57,059 nucleotides of DNA from Octopus bimaculoides (GCF_001194135.2 NC_068981.1:121893564-121950622), one strand, 5' to 3'; counted from the stretch's first letter, positions 12,753 through 24,827 are shown. The notes: a model not told the origin generated them from the sequence alone. Numbers and translations: made by a program.

Positions 12753-14481
12753 TGTTTTCCTGTATGATAACATTTCCCATTTCAAATGGAAGTCGATAAA
12801 TCTTGATTGAGTCTTTATACAACAAATGAATTTTTGACTCTTAGACTACGCCGAATATTCAACACTCAGTCACTATTAACCTCGTGTATGATTCGTTTCT
12901 TTTCTACCATATAATATTGACTACTACATTATGAAATATATTAAATCAGTATTAAGGCAGTAGGTCAATATTAGAATGATATCTGGACGATAATTCTCCC
13001 ATGCCAAGCGACTACAGTTTCCTTCGTTGACGTAAACAAAGCTTATGCTCTAGTACCTAACACATTGCTGGAGAGTAAATAAAATTTCCTTTGTATCATA
13101 AATTTTCTACATATTGCTTGATATGTCACGTTACAAATGTATTGCTTCAATGTTGTGATGGCAGCCTTATCTTAAACAACACTGGTGATGTTAAACTGAA
13201 CAACTTTCCATTCTTTGGCATAATAAAAAAAAATTATAGTTGCTATAATTCCTTAGAAATAATAATAGCTTCTCTTTTGCAAAATATATCTATAAAATTA
13301 ATAAGTTCTATCCGAAATATAGGATATTTTTTATATCCAAAATACAGGACACTCTGTCCTGAGCAATTGTTAAATGGCTGTATGAATTCGTACTTACATT
13401 ACAGTCGTGCTTATATTTCTAATATATCACTATTGCTTTGTTCACTAACTTTATGTACGACATGTAAATAAAGACATGTAAATATACGCCAATCAATAAC
13501 CTTCAACTATTGGCTTATGCAATAAATGCCTTTTTTCTATCTCCTCTTTTTATATTGCTACTATAACTTGCACTCTAGTTCTGGTCAGCTTCTGTGCAGA
13601 TATCCAAAAATATGAAACGGGCAACCCATTAGAGATCAGCAAACTTAGAAGTATAGTTTATATGGATATATTATATAACAAACTATTTCATTTATAAAAC
13701 TGAACTTAACAGTCTAACAAATTACAGTAAGATAAACAATAATTAGTCTCAGAGGTTTAGATATTAGAGTTACTAAGAAAATGTTCAGCCTGCGAGAAAT
13801 TTCGAAGAACCTTATTGAACTTGAAGAAATTTCTAATTAACGAATAGTTCCTCTGTTACCAGAGCTGGTATTTGTCCAAAAATGTGTCTGAAGAACGCAC
13901 CAGAGAATCTCTTCGGTGATTACAGTTCGAACATATTCCCTTGATTAAGCACATGTATTAATTGCAGGTCGCATGTGTGAAGATGGATGTATTGCATAAC
14001 ATCACTTTGTAGATTAAACTTATCACTGGCGCTGATTTCTCACTTACAGCACATTTTATTTCGTTAAGGCAAATTCTATATTATGTTAACAAATAATCAA
14101 TAAGAAAACATGAATTAAAGGAACATATACTTACTACTTTCAGCACAATTTGGTTTTCTGTTCATTAAAAAATAATGAAAATCAAAAGCAGTGTCAGTGT
14201 GGAAAGAAAATGAACATCAACGTTCGTTAAAAATTAAGTTTCTTACTAATGAATTAATTGAAATGGCATGATGTTCCTAAACTGAAATAGCATGAAGTTC
14301 CTAAATTAAAAGAGTATGAAATGCAGTAAATATAAAAACATCGTTCTCAGTATTGCCCTTTGTCTCAATGTACGATCTTGTATCAGACGTGAAGAAAAAT
14401 CAATTATACAGATTGATTTTGATTCTTTTAAAGTCAGATATATAGACGCAAATGTATGGAAACACGAGAGGATATATACAG

Positions 14482-14499
14482 CTGAATAATAATAATATC

Positions 14500-14585
<86 letters not shown>
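14482..14585. repeat. (AAT)n microsatellite at the 5' junction of an R4/Dong-like fragment
   Basis: Direct reading. Confidence 0.95.
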
Positions 14586-14586
<1 letters not shown>

Positions 14587-15373
14587 CAGGACTCACTCAA
14601 AGCAGAGACAGAAAGATTTTTAAATGCAGCACAAGACGAAAGCCTCCCCATCAGAAATTACCAAAAACACATAATGAAAAGAAACATAACAAGTAATTGC
14701 AGAATATGTGGCGATTGACAAGAAACAATAAGCCATATTATCTCTGGCTGCCCAGTCCTGGCTAAGAATGAATATATTCACAGACACGACAGAGCTGGGG
14801 CCTACATACACCGGAAGCTATGCTAACACCATGGAATAACAAAAGAAAAAAGATGGTATAGGCACACGCCAGAAAAGACCACGGAAAATAAGAAAGCAGC
14901 CATACTCTGGGATATGCCAATACACAGAGATAGAGATATTAAGGCCAGTAGGCCAGATATAGTTGTCAGAGATCATGAAGAAAAAAATGCTTTCTAACTG
15001 ATGTATGAATACCAGCAGATGACAACGTTTCTCTAAAAGAAATGGAGACACTTTCAAAATACAAAGACCTGGAAGTAGAGGTAACTCGAATGTGGAATGT
15101 AAAAACAGAAACAATTCCTCTCATAGTAGGCGCCTTAGGTGTAATAAAAAAATATTCAGACAGATACATAACAAAAACACCAGGACTTACAAATATATAT
15201 ATCGTACAGAAAATTACACCACTGGGCACTGCACACATCCAACGCAAAACACTTTCAATACAGTAACCATAAGAGCATCACAGCAAACCACAGAACATAC
15301 CCAAGTCACACAGAGCTGTGCTCGGTAGTGAAGTGAAAGCACGCTATAAAAATAAAACTACTGAATAATAATA
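14587..15373 (+). mobile_element. R4/Dong-clade non-LTR retrotransposon, 5'-truncated 3' end (CCHC knuckle + restriction-like endonuclease), defective
   Basis: LKAETE..AAQD..CRICGD*QETISHIISGCPVLAK.EYIHRHD; RPDIVV; KYKDLEVEVTRMW..KTETIPLIVGALG; short 3' UTR ending ctactg(aat)n; stops and frameshifts. Confidence 0.9.
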
Positions 15374-15434
15374 AGAACGACGAAGACGAAGACGACGACG
15401 ATGATGATGATGATGATGATGAGAATTATCATTA

Positions 15435-15600
15435 TTGATTAAAATTTTGGCAAAAATCCTAACATTTTGATGGTAAGAAGTTTATCATCGACCCCCAAGT
15501 ATATGAGCGGGTCTTCATTTTTCCGACACCCGCGAGCGAGAGAGAGAGAAGGAAGGCAGGTTTGATTCCGGCGAGTTTGAACTAAGAACGAAATGAGTTA
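15435..15600 (-). mobile_element. Decayed family 2 SINE
   Basis: aaaattttggc..catcgacccc..ccggcgagtttgaactaagaacg pattern. Confidence 0.45.
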
Positions 15601-15789
15601 CAAGAGGAAAAAGAAGTGGAAGAATTGGAAGAAGCAGAAGAAGAAGAAGAAGAAGAAGAAGATAATGTTTAAGTATTTTGGATAAAATTTCACTGGATGA
15701 AATGTATCAGTGTGTCGAAAAAATTCATAATGATACCCATCGGAGCGAAAGACTAAAAATTCGTCGACTGGTTACGTGACGCAATAAGT

Positions 15790-15975
15790 TATGACAAATA
15801 ATCATTTGATGCACACCAATCCTCTACTCATTGAACAGAAATATCACACGAAACAATTAAATGCACCAAAGATAATCTGATTGCTTACAAAAGGAACATG
15901 AACAACAAGGAAGAATATACAAACTGTGCATTACGTGTATTGACTTCAAAAAGATTTACGACATGGTGCCATTTT
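15790..15975 (+). pseudogene. Old non-LTR RT fragment (R4/Dong-like)
   Basis: EQK..KCTKDNLIAYK and KLCITCIDFKKIYDMVP remnants of RT motifs. Confidence 0.5.
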
Positions 15976-16673
15976 TGAACTGGAGTGTCACTTAGAACGT
16001 TTAGCATAGCTGAAAATCTACTCAGTTGAGAATATCAGTGTTAGTAGGAAACAATAGTTAACGAACTTGATGGTAAACATAAAATCATTGTGAAGTGCAG
16101 TTGTTAAAAATGTATCTCCCAGCAAAATTTCTTCCTCCTTCTTATTTGTTATCGCGATAATAGCTATAAACAGGAAAAGATTACCCTCTCAATACCATCC
16201 ACTATCCATGAATGATACAGTGGCATTTACTAAGAAAAGAGATCAAACAGAATAGTAGAGGGATGTTGCATTAATAATGAAAAAAAGATTGGTGTACCAA
16301 ATGAGAGAATTGATTTCAGAGGAAATGGAAGAGAATCCATTTAATGGATTCAGAAAATTGCCTCAAACATCCCAAAGCATGTAATGTGTGTATACCAAGT
16401 TTGAAATAAGAGAGAGAGAAGTAGGTGTTGCACAAAGTTTGGTAGGAATACTTCTGGGGTCAATAAAATAAAATATGTACCAGTTAGGTACTGATATAAA
16501 ATGAATATTCCTATGAAGCAATTGAGACATGATGGGAAATATAGAAATGAATCTACCTACAAAATAGCCGCCTGTGCATAGTGGATTGACGGATGTGTGG
16601 CTAAAGTTAATATCCTGATTAGCAGGCAATGTATAGCTCGATTCAACAGCACAATTCGATGAGGAAATATCTT

Positions 16674-16704
<31 letters not shown>

Positions 16705-16709
16705 TACAC

Positions 16710-16757
<48 letters not shown>

Positions 16758-17157
16758 ATGTGTGTGCGTGTCACTATGTCTCCTGTATATGTGTGTGTTT
16801 GTGAGTGTTTAGTTCTGTGCATTTGTTGTATATTTATTTCGATTACAGACTTCATGAAGGAAATATAATTTACCTCGGGAAATGGAGAAAAGATTTAGTT
16901 TTTGAACTAAGGTTGTGGATATAAACATATTTTCTTGCCCGCGATATGTTATTGTGAGTAAAGAAAATGTGTAAAAGACATAAATTGAGACTTGTTCACT
17001 TGACTATGATTTTCTGATACCCATTTAAAGTTCCGCGTCATATTACAAACAAATCAATATAATTATTCAACCTGTATTAATATCAATATAAACAATCAAA
17101 CATCTCTGTGTAATGTCCATATATTTTATTCATTTATTAATATTTCTAAGGGAGCAC

Positions 17158-17345
17158 TAAGGTGGCGAGTTAGCAGAATCGTTAGCACACCCAGTCAATT
17201 ACTTAGCGACATTCCCACTATATTTACTTACAGAGTTCAAATTCCGCTGAGGTTGACTTTGCCTTATAGGGTCATTAAAGGTAAATTTCATAGATGTAAC
17301 CGACGTACTTCCCTCACCGCAGAACTTCTAGCTTGTGACATAATT
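17158..17345 (+). mobile_element. Family 2 SINE, internally deleted
   Basis: aaggtggcgagttagcagaatcgttagcac head; gagttcaaattccgctgaggttgactttgcc. Confidence 0.65.
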
Positions 17346-17736
17346 TAAATCCATATTTCTACATTAGCAGGCTCATTTGCATATATATGGATCTTTTTTC
17401 TGTTGTTACAATAAATTTTGCAATTTTAAAATTGAGTGAGAAATTTTAAATTTGGCATGAAATTTTAATGCAATTTTACACGGTGGATCCGACCTCTGGT
17501 TTATTTATTTCAGAAAAGTTTTAGAAAATGTTACAGAAAAAAAAAATATATTAAAGTTTGATAATTTTTAGGCAACCAGAACACAGGACTGGGAAGCTGG
17601 TATTTTCGGTGTGATACCTCTCTATCACAAAATCAAAGTAAAGACATTACGCCGACAATGCTTTAATAAACAAAATGAAACTAAAATATTAGGACGGTGA
17701 AAGTTTTAAGAAGTTTATTCTTCTTTTCTTTTACAC

Positions 17737-17916
17737 GTTTCAGTCATTTTAGTGAGACCTTAAACTGTTTTAGTCGAATAAATCGACCCCAGGATTAAAT
17801 TTTAAACCCATTACTTATTGTATCAGTTTATGTTGACGGACCGCGAAGCTACGAGGACATAAACGCACCAACATCGGTTGTCAAATGATGGTGGGGGAAC
17901 AAACACAAACACACAC

Positions 17917-17957
<41 letters not shown>

Positions 17958-18117
17958 GGGTTTCTTACAGTTTCCGCCCTCCAGATCCACTCACAAGGCT
18001 GTGCTCGGTCCAAGGCTTATAGTAAACTGCAGGCGCCCAAGGTGCCACGCAGTGGGATTCAAACGGATCCATGTAATTGGGAAGCAAATTTCTTAACACA
18101 CAGCCACGTCCGTACCT
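17737..18117 (-). mobile_element. tRNA-derived SINE family 1, near full length
   Basis: Colinear with 42840-43240 including internal (AC)/(AT) tract and gcccaaggtgccacgcagtggga. Confidence 0.8.
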
Positions 18118-18282
18118 TGTTTCACTGTATTTCAATATATTTCAATAAGTTTTAATGAAGTAATCCTGTGAAGTGATCGTTAAATGTCGGAAATAATTTT
18201 CAGAGGGAAAAAAGTCTTCAACGAAACAATAAAAAAAAGTTACAAAAATGCAAAACTAAATATAAAATAAACTGTAAGATAT

Positions 18283-18368
18283 GGTTAGCGTTGGTGTTAG
18301 GGTTAGGTGTCAGTATTAGGTTTAGTGTTAGGATATAGCGTTAGGATTAATGTTAGGGCTAGGGTTAG
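18283..18368. repeat. Degenerate TTAGGG-like array
   Basis: ggttagcgttggtgttagggttaggtgtcagtattaggtttagtgttagg..ttagggctagggttag. Confidence 0.6.
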
Positions 18369-19500
18369 AGTATTTTTCTCGTCGTCAAAGGAATTAGATA
18401 TCGTAAAGAACGGACACGCGTTATTGGTGATTGTGTTTCATGCAGCAAACTACACTACAGTCTTGTTTGTTACTATTGAAATATGCTGCAAGTTTGGGTT
18501 GGCTAAAACTAACATTTTGTAGATTTTAAAAGCATTTAATATTTTATTAGTTGATTCGTGGTAAAATCGAATTGCATTTTCCTAATTAGCATATAAATAG
18601 AATTCGGTGCACCAAATCTGGCAACAGTCGGAACAAAATACCAAGAAAAAAAAAAAGAAGTTAAGTGTGATACCAGTAGAAAAGATCCATGTAAGTTATA
18701 TGTGCGTGCATGTATATACGCATATATTCGTGCGTTTGTTGGCTATGTATGTCATTTTGAGTTTTGATATGAGCCTTGATTGAGGAAGTAACATTTGCCT
18801 CGGGAAATGGACAACAAATTTAGTTTTAGAACGGAGATTGTGGATATAAACAATTTTTCCTTGAGTGCACTGTATTATTGTGAATAAAGAAAATGCGTAA
18901 AAAACATGGGATGAAACACGTTTACTTGGCTTTGATACTTTGATTCCTACTTGAAATTACGCGTCATTATATGACAAAGAAATCAATATTATTATTCAAC
19001 CTTTCTTAATATTAATTTATACAAAAGATTTCTTGCAAAAATGTCCCTATGTTTTATTTTTCTTTACATTTCTATAGAAGCAGGCTGTTTGTTCATTAGG
19101 TCTTTTTATTATAATATATTTTCTGATGTCTTCAAGAATGTAACAGAGAATCAATATGTACGATAGATATTACAACACAATAGGTTTCTTTTTATTTGAA
19201 TTTTTTTCTTTCAAATCAGCAAATTATCTTTTTGTTTAATGCTTCTTTGTGTTTATGTTTATGATAAATATGTATTGATTTTTTTTATATTTCTACTCTT
19301 TCATTCATTTATTTTTCATTTCCTTCACAACATCTAATCTATTTATTCGTGTTGACAGAGATACATATAAATATATATACAGGCGCTCACATCCCACGCA
19401 CACATATGACTTATTCTCAAACAGATAGGACTTACATTTTTATTTCTTTGCAAGATTAATCATACCATTCTCCGTTTTTGTCAATTGTTATTTATTTACC

Positions 19501-19501
<1 letters not shown>

Positions 19502-19544
<43 letters not shown>

Positions 19545-19554
19545 NNNNNNNNNN

Positions 19555-19594
<40 letters not shown>

Positions 19595-19807
19595 TACAAA
19601 TTTTAGCACAAGGCCATCAATTTCATGGGAGAGGGTAAGTGGACTACACCAGCCTAAGTATTCAGCAGGTGCATATTTTATCGACACCAAAAGGATGAAA
19701 GTTAAAGTCGACCACGTCGGAATTTCAACTTAGAACATAAAGAGAGACAAAATGCCGCTAAGCGTTTTGCTCGGCTTGCTAACGATTCTGCCAGCCCTCC
19801 GCCTTTA
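19502..19807 (-). mobile_element. Family 2 SINE with long (TTA)n tail
   Basis: Head gattctgccagccctccgcctt at 19784-19805; body matches 34051-34293; tail (TAA)n 19502-19592 on + strand. Confidence 0.8.
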
Positions 19808-19814
19808 CACAAAT

Positions 19815-20290
19815 AATAATATTTTCTTTGTTGAGTACAAAGGGTTTACATTAAGAAAAAAAAAACATAATGTACATTACTGGCCAAAAGAAAGAATGAG
19901 TTATGTGAGAGTGTGTGATGTTGAGAGGGTCTTGAGTGTAAGCAGGTTTAACATTTAAAAAAATAGCAATTTTAACAATGTATGATCCTCATAGGGAGGA
20001 GACGTTCGAGGGCTGCTCATGGACAAATCCATGAAATCACAGGTGCCCTGACTTATGGGACAGATGCTTTTTTCTCATTTCCTCTTCTGCGATTACACGT
20101 GTATGTTCAGGGAGCCCGTTTCCTCGCACCATTCTAGCTGCTCACATCCGCCTTTCAGGAAATGGCGAGAAGGGAACTCTCCACTTTCCATCCTTATTAA
20201 CTTCTTCAGGTGAAACTTGACGATGTTGAGAAAAGTGTTTGCCTTCAGGTCCTTATATCTCCGCCACCATACAACCTCTTTCGCCAAGGT
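19815..20290 (-). mobile_element. Possible L1/Tx1-like LINE 3' fragment
   Basis: AKEVVWWRRYKDLKANTFLNIVKFHLKKLIRME..F resembles Tx1/L1 ORF2 C-termini from memory only; followed by a UTR-like stretch; unverified. Confidence 0.3.
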
Positions 20291-20307
20291 CTAATAATAA
20301 TAATAAC

Positions 20308-20380
<73 letters not shown>

Positions 20381-20381
20381 T

Positions 20382-20446
20382 CCTACATTATTTACATTAT
20401 CTACATTTGACGGATATTCGTCCTCATCTTGTTTGTTGTTAACACA
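20382..20446 (-). mobile_element. Left arm (visible part) of second hammerhead-SINE palindrome
   Basis: Exact reverse complement of ~20932-20993 including shared variants (gacgaatat, tgtagata); rest lies in gap 20447-20804. Confidence 0.75.
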
Positions 20447-20804
20447 NNNNNNNNNNNNNNNNNNNNNNNNNNNNNNNNNNNNNNNNNNNNNNNNNNNNNN
20501 NNNNNNNNNNNNNNNNNNNNNNNNNNNNNNNNNNNNNNNNNNNNNNNNNNNNNNNNNNNNNNNNNNNNNNNNNNNNNNNNNNNNNNNNNNNNNNNNNNNN
20601 NNNNNNNNNNNNNNNNNNNNNNNNNNNNNNNNNNNNNNNNNNNNNNNNNNNNNNNNNNNNNNNNNNNNNNNNNNNNNNNNNNNNNNNNNNNNNNNNNNNN
20701 NNNNNNNNNNNNNNNNNNNNNNNNNNNNNNNNNNNNNNNNNNNNNNNNNNNNNNNNNNNNNNNNNNNNNNNNNNNNNNNNNNNNNNNNNNNNNNNNNNNN
20801 NNNN

Positions 20805-21026
20805 TAATAATAATAATAATAATAATAATATAATAATAATAGTAATAGTAACATCGATAGGAATGAGAACCCAGGTTCGAAATTTCCCCAAGACACCTGA
20901 CGAAGGCTGGAGGGTATATCAGCCGAAACGTTGTGTTAACAACAAACAAGATGAGGACGAATATCCGTCAAATGTAGATAATGTAAATAATGTAAATAAT
21001 TCCTCATCTCTTAAATATAGAACTGT
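20805..21026 (+). mobile_element. Hammerhead-tailed SINE-like element, right arm (head in gap)
   Basis: (AAT)n, ggaatgagaacccagg, hammerhead, aatgtaaataatgtaaataat tail; homologous to 1797-2013. Confidence 0.8.
20892..20937 (+). ncRNA. Minimal type I hammerhead ribozyme motif (dimer-type)
   Basis: GACAC-CTGACGA-A-GGCTG(gagggtatat)CAGCC-GAAA-CG-TT-GTGTT; stem I GACAC/GTGTT; palindrome AACGTT. Confidence 0.7.
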
Positions 21027-22296
21027 ATTAATAATATCCTATTTGCCACTTATGTGGAAATTATTGACTGGAATACTCGCAGAGTGAATGTTCGAATATC
21101 TGGAAACAATGGATTCCTGCTACATGAGCAGAAGGGTTGCAAATGTAAGTGCAGAGGTACCGAAGATCAACTCCTGATAGACAAAACTGTACTTAGAGAC
21201 TGTTATGTCATGGATCGACTATCATAAGGCGTACGATATGATCCCACACTCCTGGATAATGGAATGTATGAACCTATTTGGTATTGCATCGAATATTGAG
21301 CGATTGCTTGGGAAAAAGTATAGTGAATTGGATAACGGACCTGACAGCATACGGAGGAAGTTTAGAGACAGTAAAAATCAGGAGGGGCAATTTCCAAGAG
21401 GACTGCGTGTCCCCACTGATCTTTGTACTGTGCTTGATACCGCTAACACTCATTCCGAGGAAAGTAAAAGTGGGGTATGTATTCAAAAGCTTCCAACAAA
21501 AAGTCAACCATGGATGACCTGAGACTTTATGGTAAAGATGAAGCCCAAGTCCGTTCTCTCGTTGATAGGGTGTATACTTTCAGTGATGATATCAGAATGG
21601 AGTTCGGACTGAGAAAATGTGGTGTGTTAGTCTTGAAGAGAGGCAAAATGAAATGTATGGACGGGCTATCGATAACGTTGGGGGAGGTTATGAAGCAGAT
21701 AGAGGAGACGGGCTATAAGTCCTTGGGGATTTTGGAAATTGATAAATTGATGGAGAAAGAAATGACGGAAAAATCTTAGGCGGAGTTCTTGCGCAGACTG
21801 AAACTGATCCGTAAGTCGAAATTAAACGGACGAAATAAGATTGAATCAATTAACACTTGGGTGGTTTCACTGCTTAGATATTGAGCAAGGGTAATCGCAT
21901 AGACAGTAGACGAACTAAATAGCTTAGAAAGACAAGGACGTTGCTCACTAGATATGGGTCACGCCACCCAAAACGTGACACAGATATACTGTATGTACCA
22001 AGAAAAAGAAGAGGAAGAGGACTTATTGGATGTGAACACAGCATTAGAGTAGAAGAAAACAACATAGCATGCTATGTAAAAAATGCCACAGGACCGCTAT
22101 TATTAGAAGTAAGAAGGTCAGGCTTGTGCAGGATGAAAGATTGCAAAGGTAAGGCACTGTACAAGCAATGTAAAACGAATAAAACTGAAACTAGATGGGT
22201 AAAGAAATGAATGCATGGTCAATTACATAGGGATGTTGAAGATAAGACAGACATAGAAAAAGATGGCTATGGATGACTAAAATTGATTTAAAATCG
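21027..22296 (+). mobile_element. R4/Dong-clade LINE, subfamily A: decayed reverse transcriptase region
   Basis: [12 protein letters not shown]; [15 protein letters not shown]; [15 protein letters not shown]; IRRGNFQEDCVSPLIF; MDDLRLYGK; MEFGLRKC; GYKSLGI; HPKRDTDILYVPRKRRGRGL; multiple stops/frameshifts. Confidence 0.9.
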
Positions 22297-22365
22297 GAAG
22301 AAGAAGAAGAAGAAGAAGAAGAAGAAGAAGAAGAAGAAGAAGAAGAAGAAGAAGAAGAAGAAGAA
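22297..22365. repeat. (GAA)23 microsatellite at junction of two LINE subfamilies
   Basis: Direct reading. Confidence 0.95.
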
Positions 22366-23300
22366 ACAACAAAAGCTATAAAACAAATGAAATCCAAACT
22401 AAAACTAGAACAGCAACGGACCATGATAAAACGATGGCAAGAAAAGTCCCTACATGGTAAATACTGGGCTAAACTAAATGCAAAATAAATAGACAGAGAA
22501 AAATCCCAGCAATGGCTGAGAAGCTCAGGACTCAAAGCAGAGATTGAAGGATTTTTAATTGCTGCACAAGACCAAAGCCTCCCCACCAGAAATTACCAAA
22601 AACATATGATGAAAAGAAACATAACAAGTAACTGCAGAATATGTGGCGATTGATAAGAAACAATAAATCATATTATCTCTGGCTGCCCAGTCCTGGCTAA
22701 GAAGGAATATATTCACAGACACGACAGAGCTGGGGCCTACATATACTGGAAGCTATGCCAACACTATGGAATAACAACAGAAAAAAAGATGGTATAAGCA
22801 CACGCCAGAAACGGTCACAGAAAGCGACAAAGCAACCATAGTCTGGGATATGCCAATGTACACAGATAGAGAAATTAAAGCCAATAGACCAGATATGGTT
22901 GTCAAAGATCATGAAGAAAAAATGCTTTCTAACTGATGTATCAATACCAGCAGATGATAACGTTTCTCTAAAAGAAATGGAGAAACTTTTAAAATGTAAA
23001 GAGCTAGAAATAAAGGTAACTCGAATGTGGGGTCTAAAACCAGAAACAATTCCTATCATAGTAGGTGCCTTAGGTATAATAAAAAAAATATTCAGACAAA
23101 TACATAACAAAAACACCACGATTAACAAATATATATAACATACAGAAAATAGCACTACTAGGCACCGTACACGTCCTACATAAAGCACTTTCAATATAGT
23201 AAATATAAAAACATCACACCAAACCACAGCACATATCCAAGGCATACAGAGCTGTGCTCCGTAGTGCAGTGGAAGCACGCTATAAAAACAAGATTACTGA
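22366..23300 (+). mobile_element. R4/Dong-clade LINE, subfamily B 3' part (CCHC + RLE endonuclease + 3' UTR), same family as 14587-15373
   Basis: RWQEKSLHGKY; GLKAEIEGFLIAAQDQ; CRICGD**ETINHIISGC; RPDMVV; CFLTDVSIPADDNV; IVGALG; ends gcacgctataaaaacaagattactgaataa. Confidence 0.9.
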
Positions 23301-23353
23301 ATAATGATAATAACAACAATAACAATAGCAACAACAGCAGCAATAATAATAAT

Positions 23354-23420
23354 AATCCTTTCTACTAAAGCCATGAGGCCTGAAATTTGGGGGAGGAGAC
23401 TAGCCGAGTACATCGATAAC
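23354..23420 (-). mobile_element. Family 2 SINE 3' tail fragment
   Basis: aatcctttctactaaagccatgaggcctgaaatttgggggagg matches family tail. Confidence 0.55.
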
Positions 23421-23444
23421 AGTCTATCAGTGATGGTGGTGGTT

Positions 23445-23495
<51 letters not shown>

Positions 23496-24285
23496 ACGAT
23501 AACAATAACGATAATAATGATGATGATTATGATAACGATAACAATAATAATAATGTGCTTGAAATTTTAGCACAAGGCAATTTCAGGTGAGGGGTTAAAT
23601 TGATTACAAAATTGTAGTGCCTAACTCATAGCAATTTATTGCTTCGTATCGAGAATACAGGTTGTAGATGGATGGCTGTAATTCATATCACCTAAAAGGA
23701 ACTAGAACAAATAGTGTGTTTAATTTAGTCTAAAGTATTTGTGCAGGTGTGTAGAAACCATACATGCATGCATACATACAAACATACATACATATAAACA
23801 TACATACGTTCATACATAGATACATACATATCAGAAAAGATACTGAAGAAATAACCGTATTAACTGGGGAATGCAACCAATGTTCTACAATTTCAACTGC
23901 TGCTGAACTTCAATTTAATATGTTGCCTTAGTGTTGTGGGGAGTCCTATACCAATCTGAGAACCTTTTGTCAGCCTGATGTATTTGTATTAACAGTGAGC
24001 CACCGGATTTGAGCTTAAATCGCTTGAAACAGAAGCCCGAGACTGTACTAAGTGACGGTGTTCCATCATCACCCAAACACTTCGAAGGAGAAAAGGAGAA
24101 ACTAAATGTCTGGAGAAAATGGCTCAAGTTAATCAGCGTCGTCACCCACCAACATTACTATACAGCCATTGCCATCGACTCATCTATGCAAGAATTGGTC
24201 TACAGAATCAAGAATATCACCATAAACGAAGCGCCCAGAAAAGAAGGAAATAAATACACGGATACGAGACAAAACATACAACGAT

Positions 24286-24318
<33 letters not shown>

Positions 24319-24827
24319 NNNNNNNNNNNNNNNNNNNNNNNNNNNNNNNNNNNNNNNNNNNNNNNNNNNNNNNNNNNNNNNNNNNNNNNNNNNNNNNNNN
24401 NNNNNNNNNNNNNNNNNNNNNNNNNNNNNNNNNNNNNNNNNNNNNNNNNNNNNNNNNNNNNNNNNNNNNNNNNNNNNNNNNNNNNNNNNNNNNNNNNNNN
24501 NNNNNNNNNNNNNNNNNNNNNNNNNNNNNNNNNNNNNNNNNNNNNNNNNNNNNNNNNNNNNNNNNNNNNNNNNNNNNNNNNNNNNNNNNNNNNNNNNNNN
24601 NNNNNNNNNNNNNNNNNNNNNNNNNNNNNNNNNNNNNNNNNNNNNNNNNNNNNNNNNNNNNNNNNNNNNNNNNNNNNNNNNNNNNNNNNNNNNNNNNNNN
24701 NNNNNNNNNNNNNNNNNNNNNNNNNNNNNNNNNNNNNNNNNNNNNNNNNNNNNNNNNNNNNNNNNNNNNNNNNNNNNNNNNNNNNNNNNNNNNNNNNNNN
24801 NNNNNNCGAGACAAAACATACAACGAT

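Noticed and set aside
13005-13075. FVDVNKAYALVPNTLL RT-motif-like fragment
   Set aside because: Probably a tiny LINE relic, too short to assign or bound.
22191-23278. Minus-strand ORFs of 131 and 193 aa (also 14818-15247, 56520-56878)
   Set aside because: Antisense shadows of LINE coding sequence.
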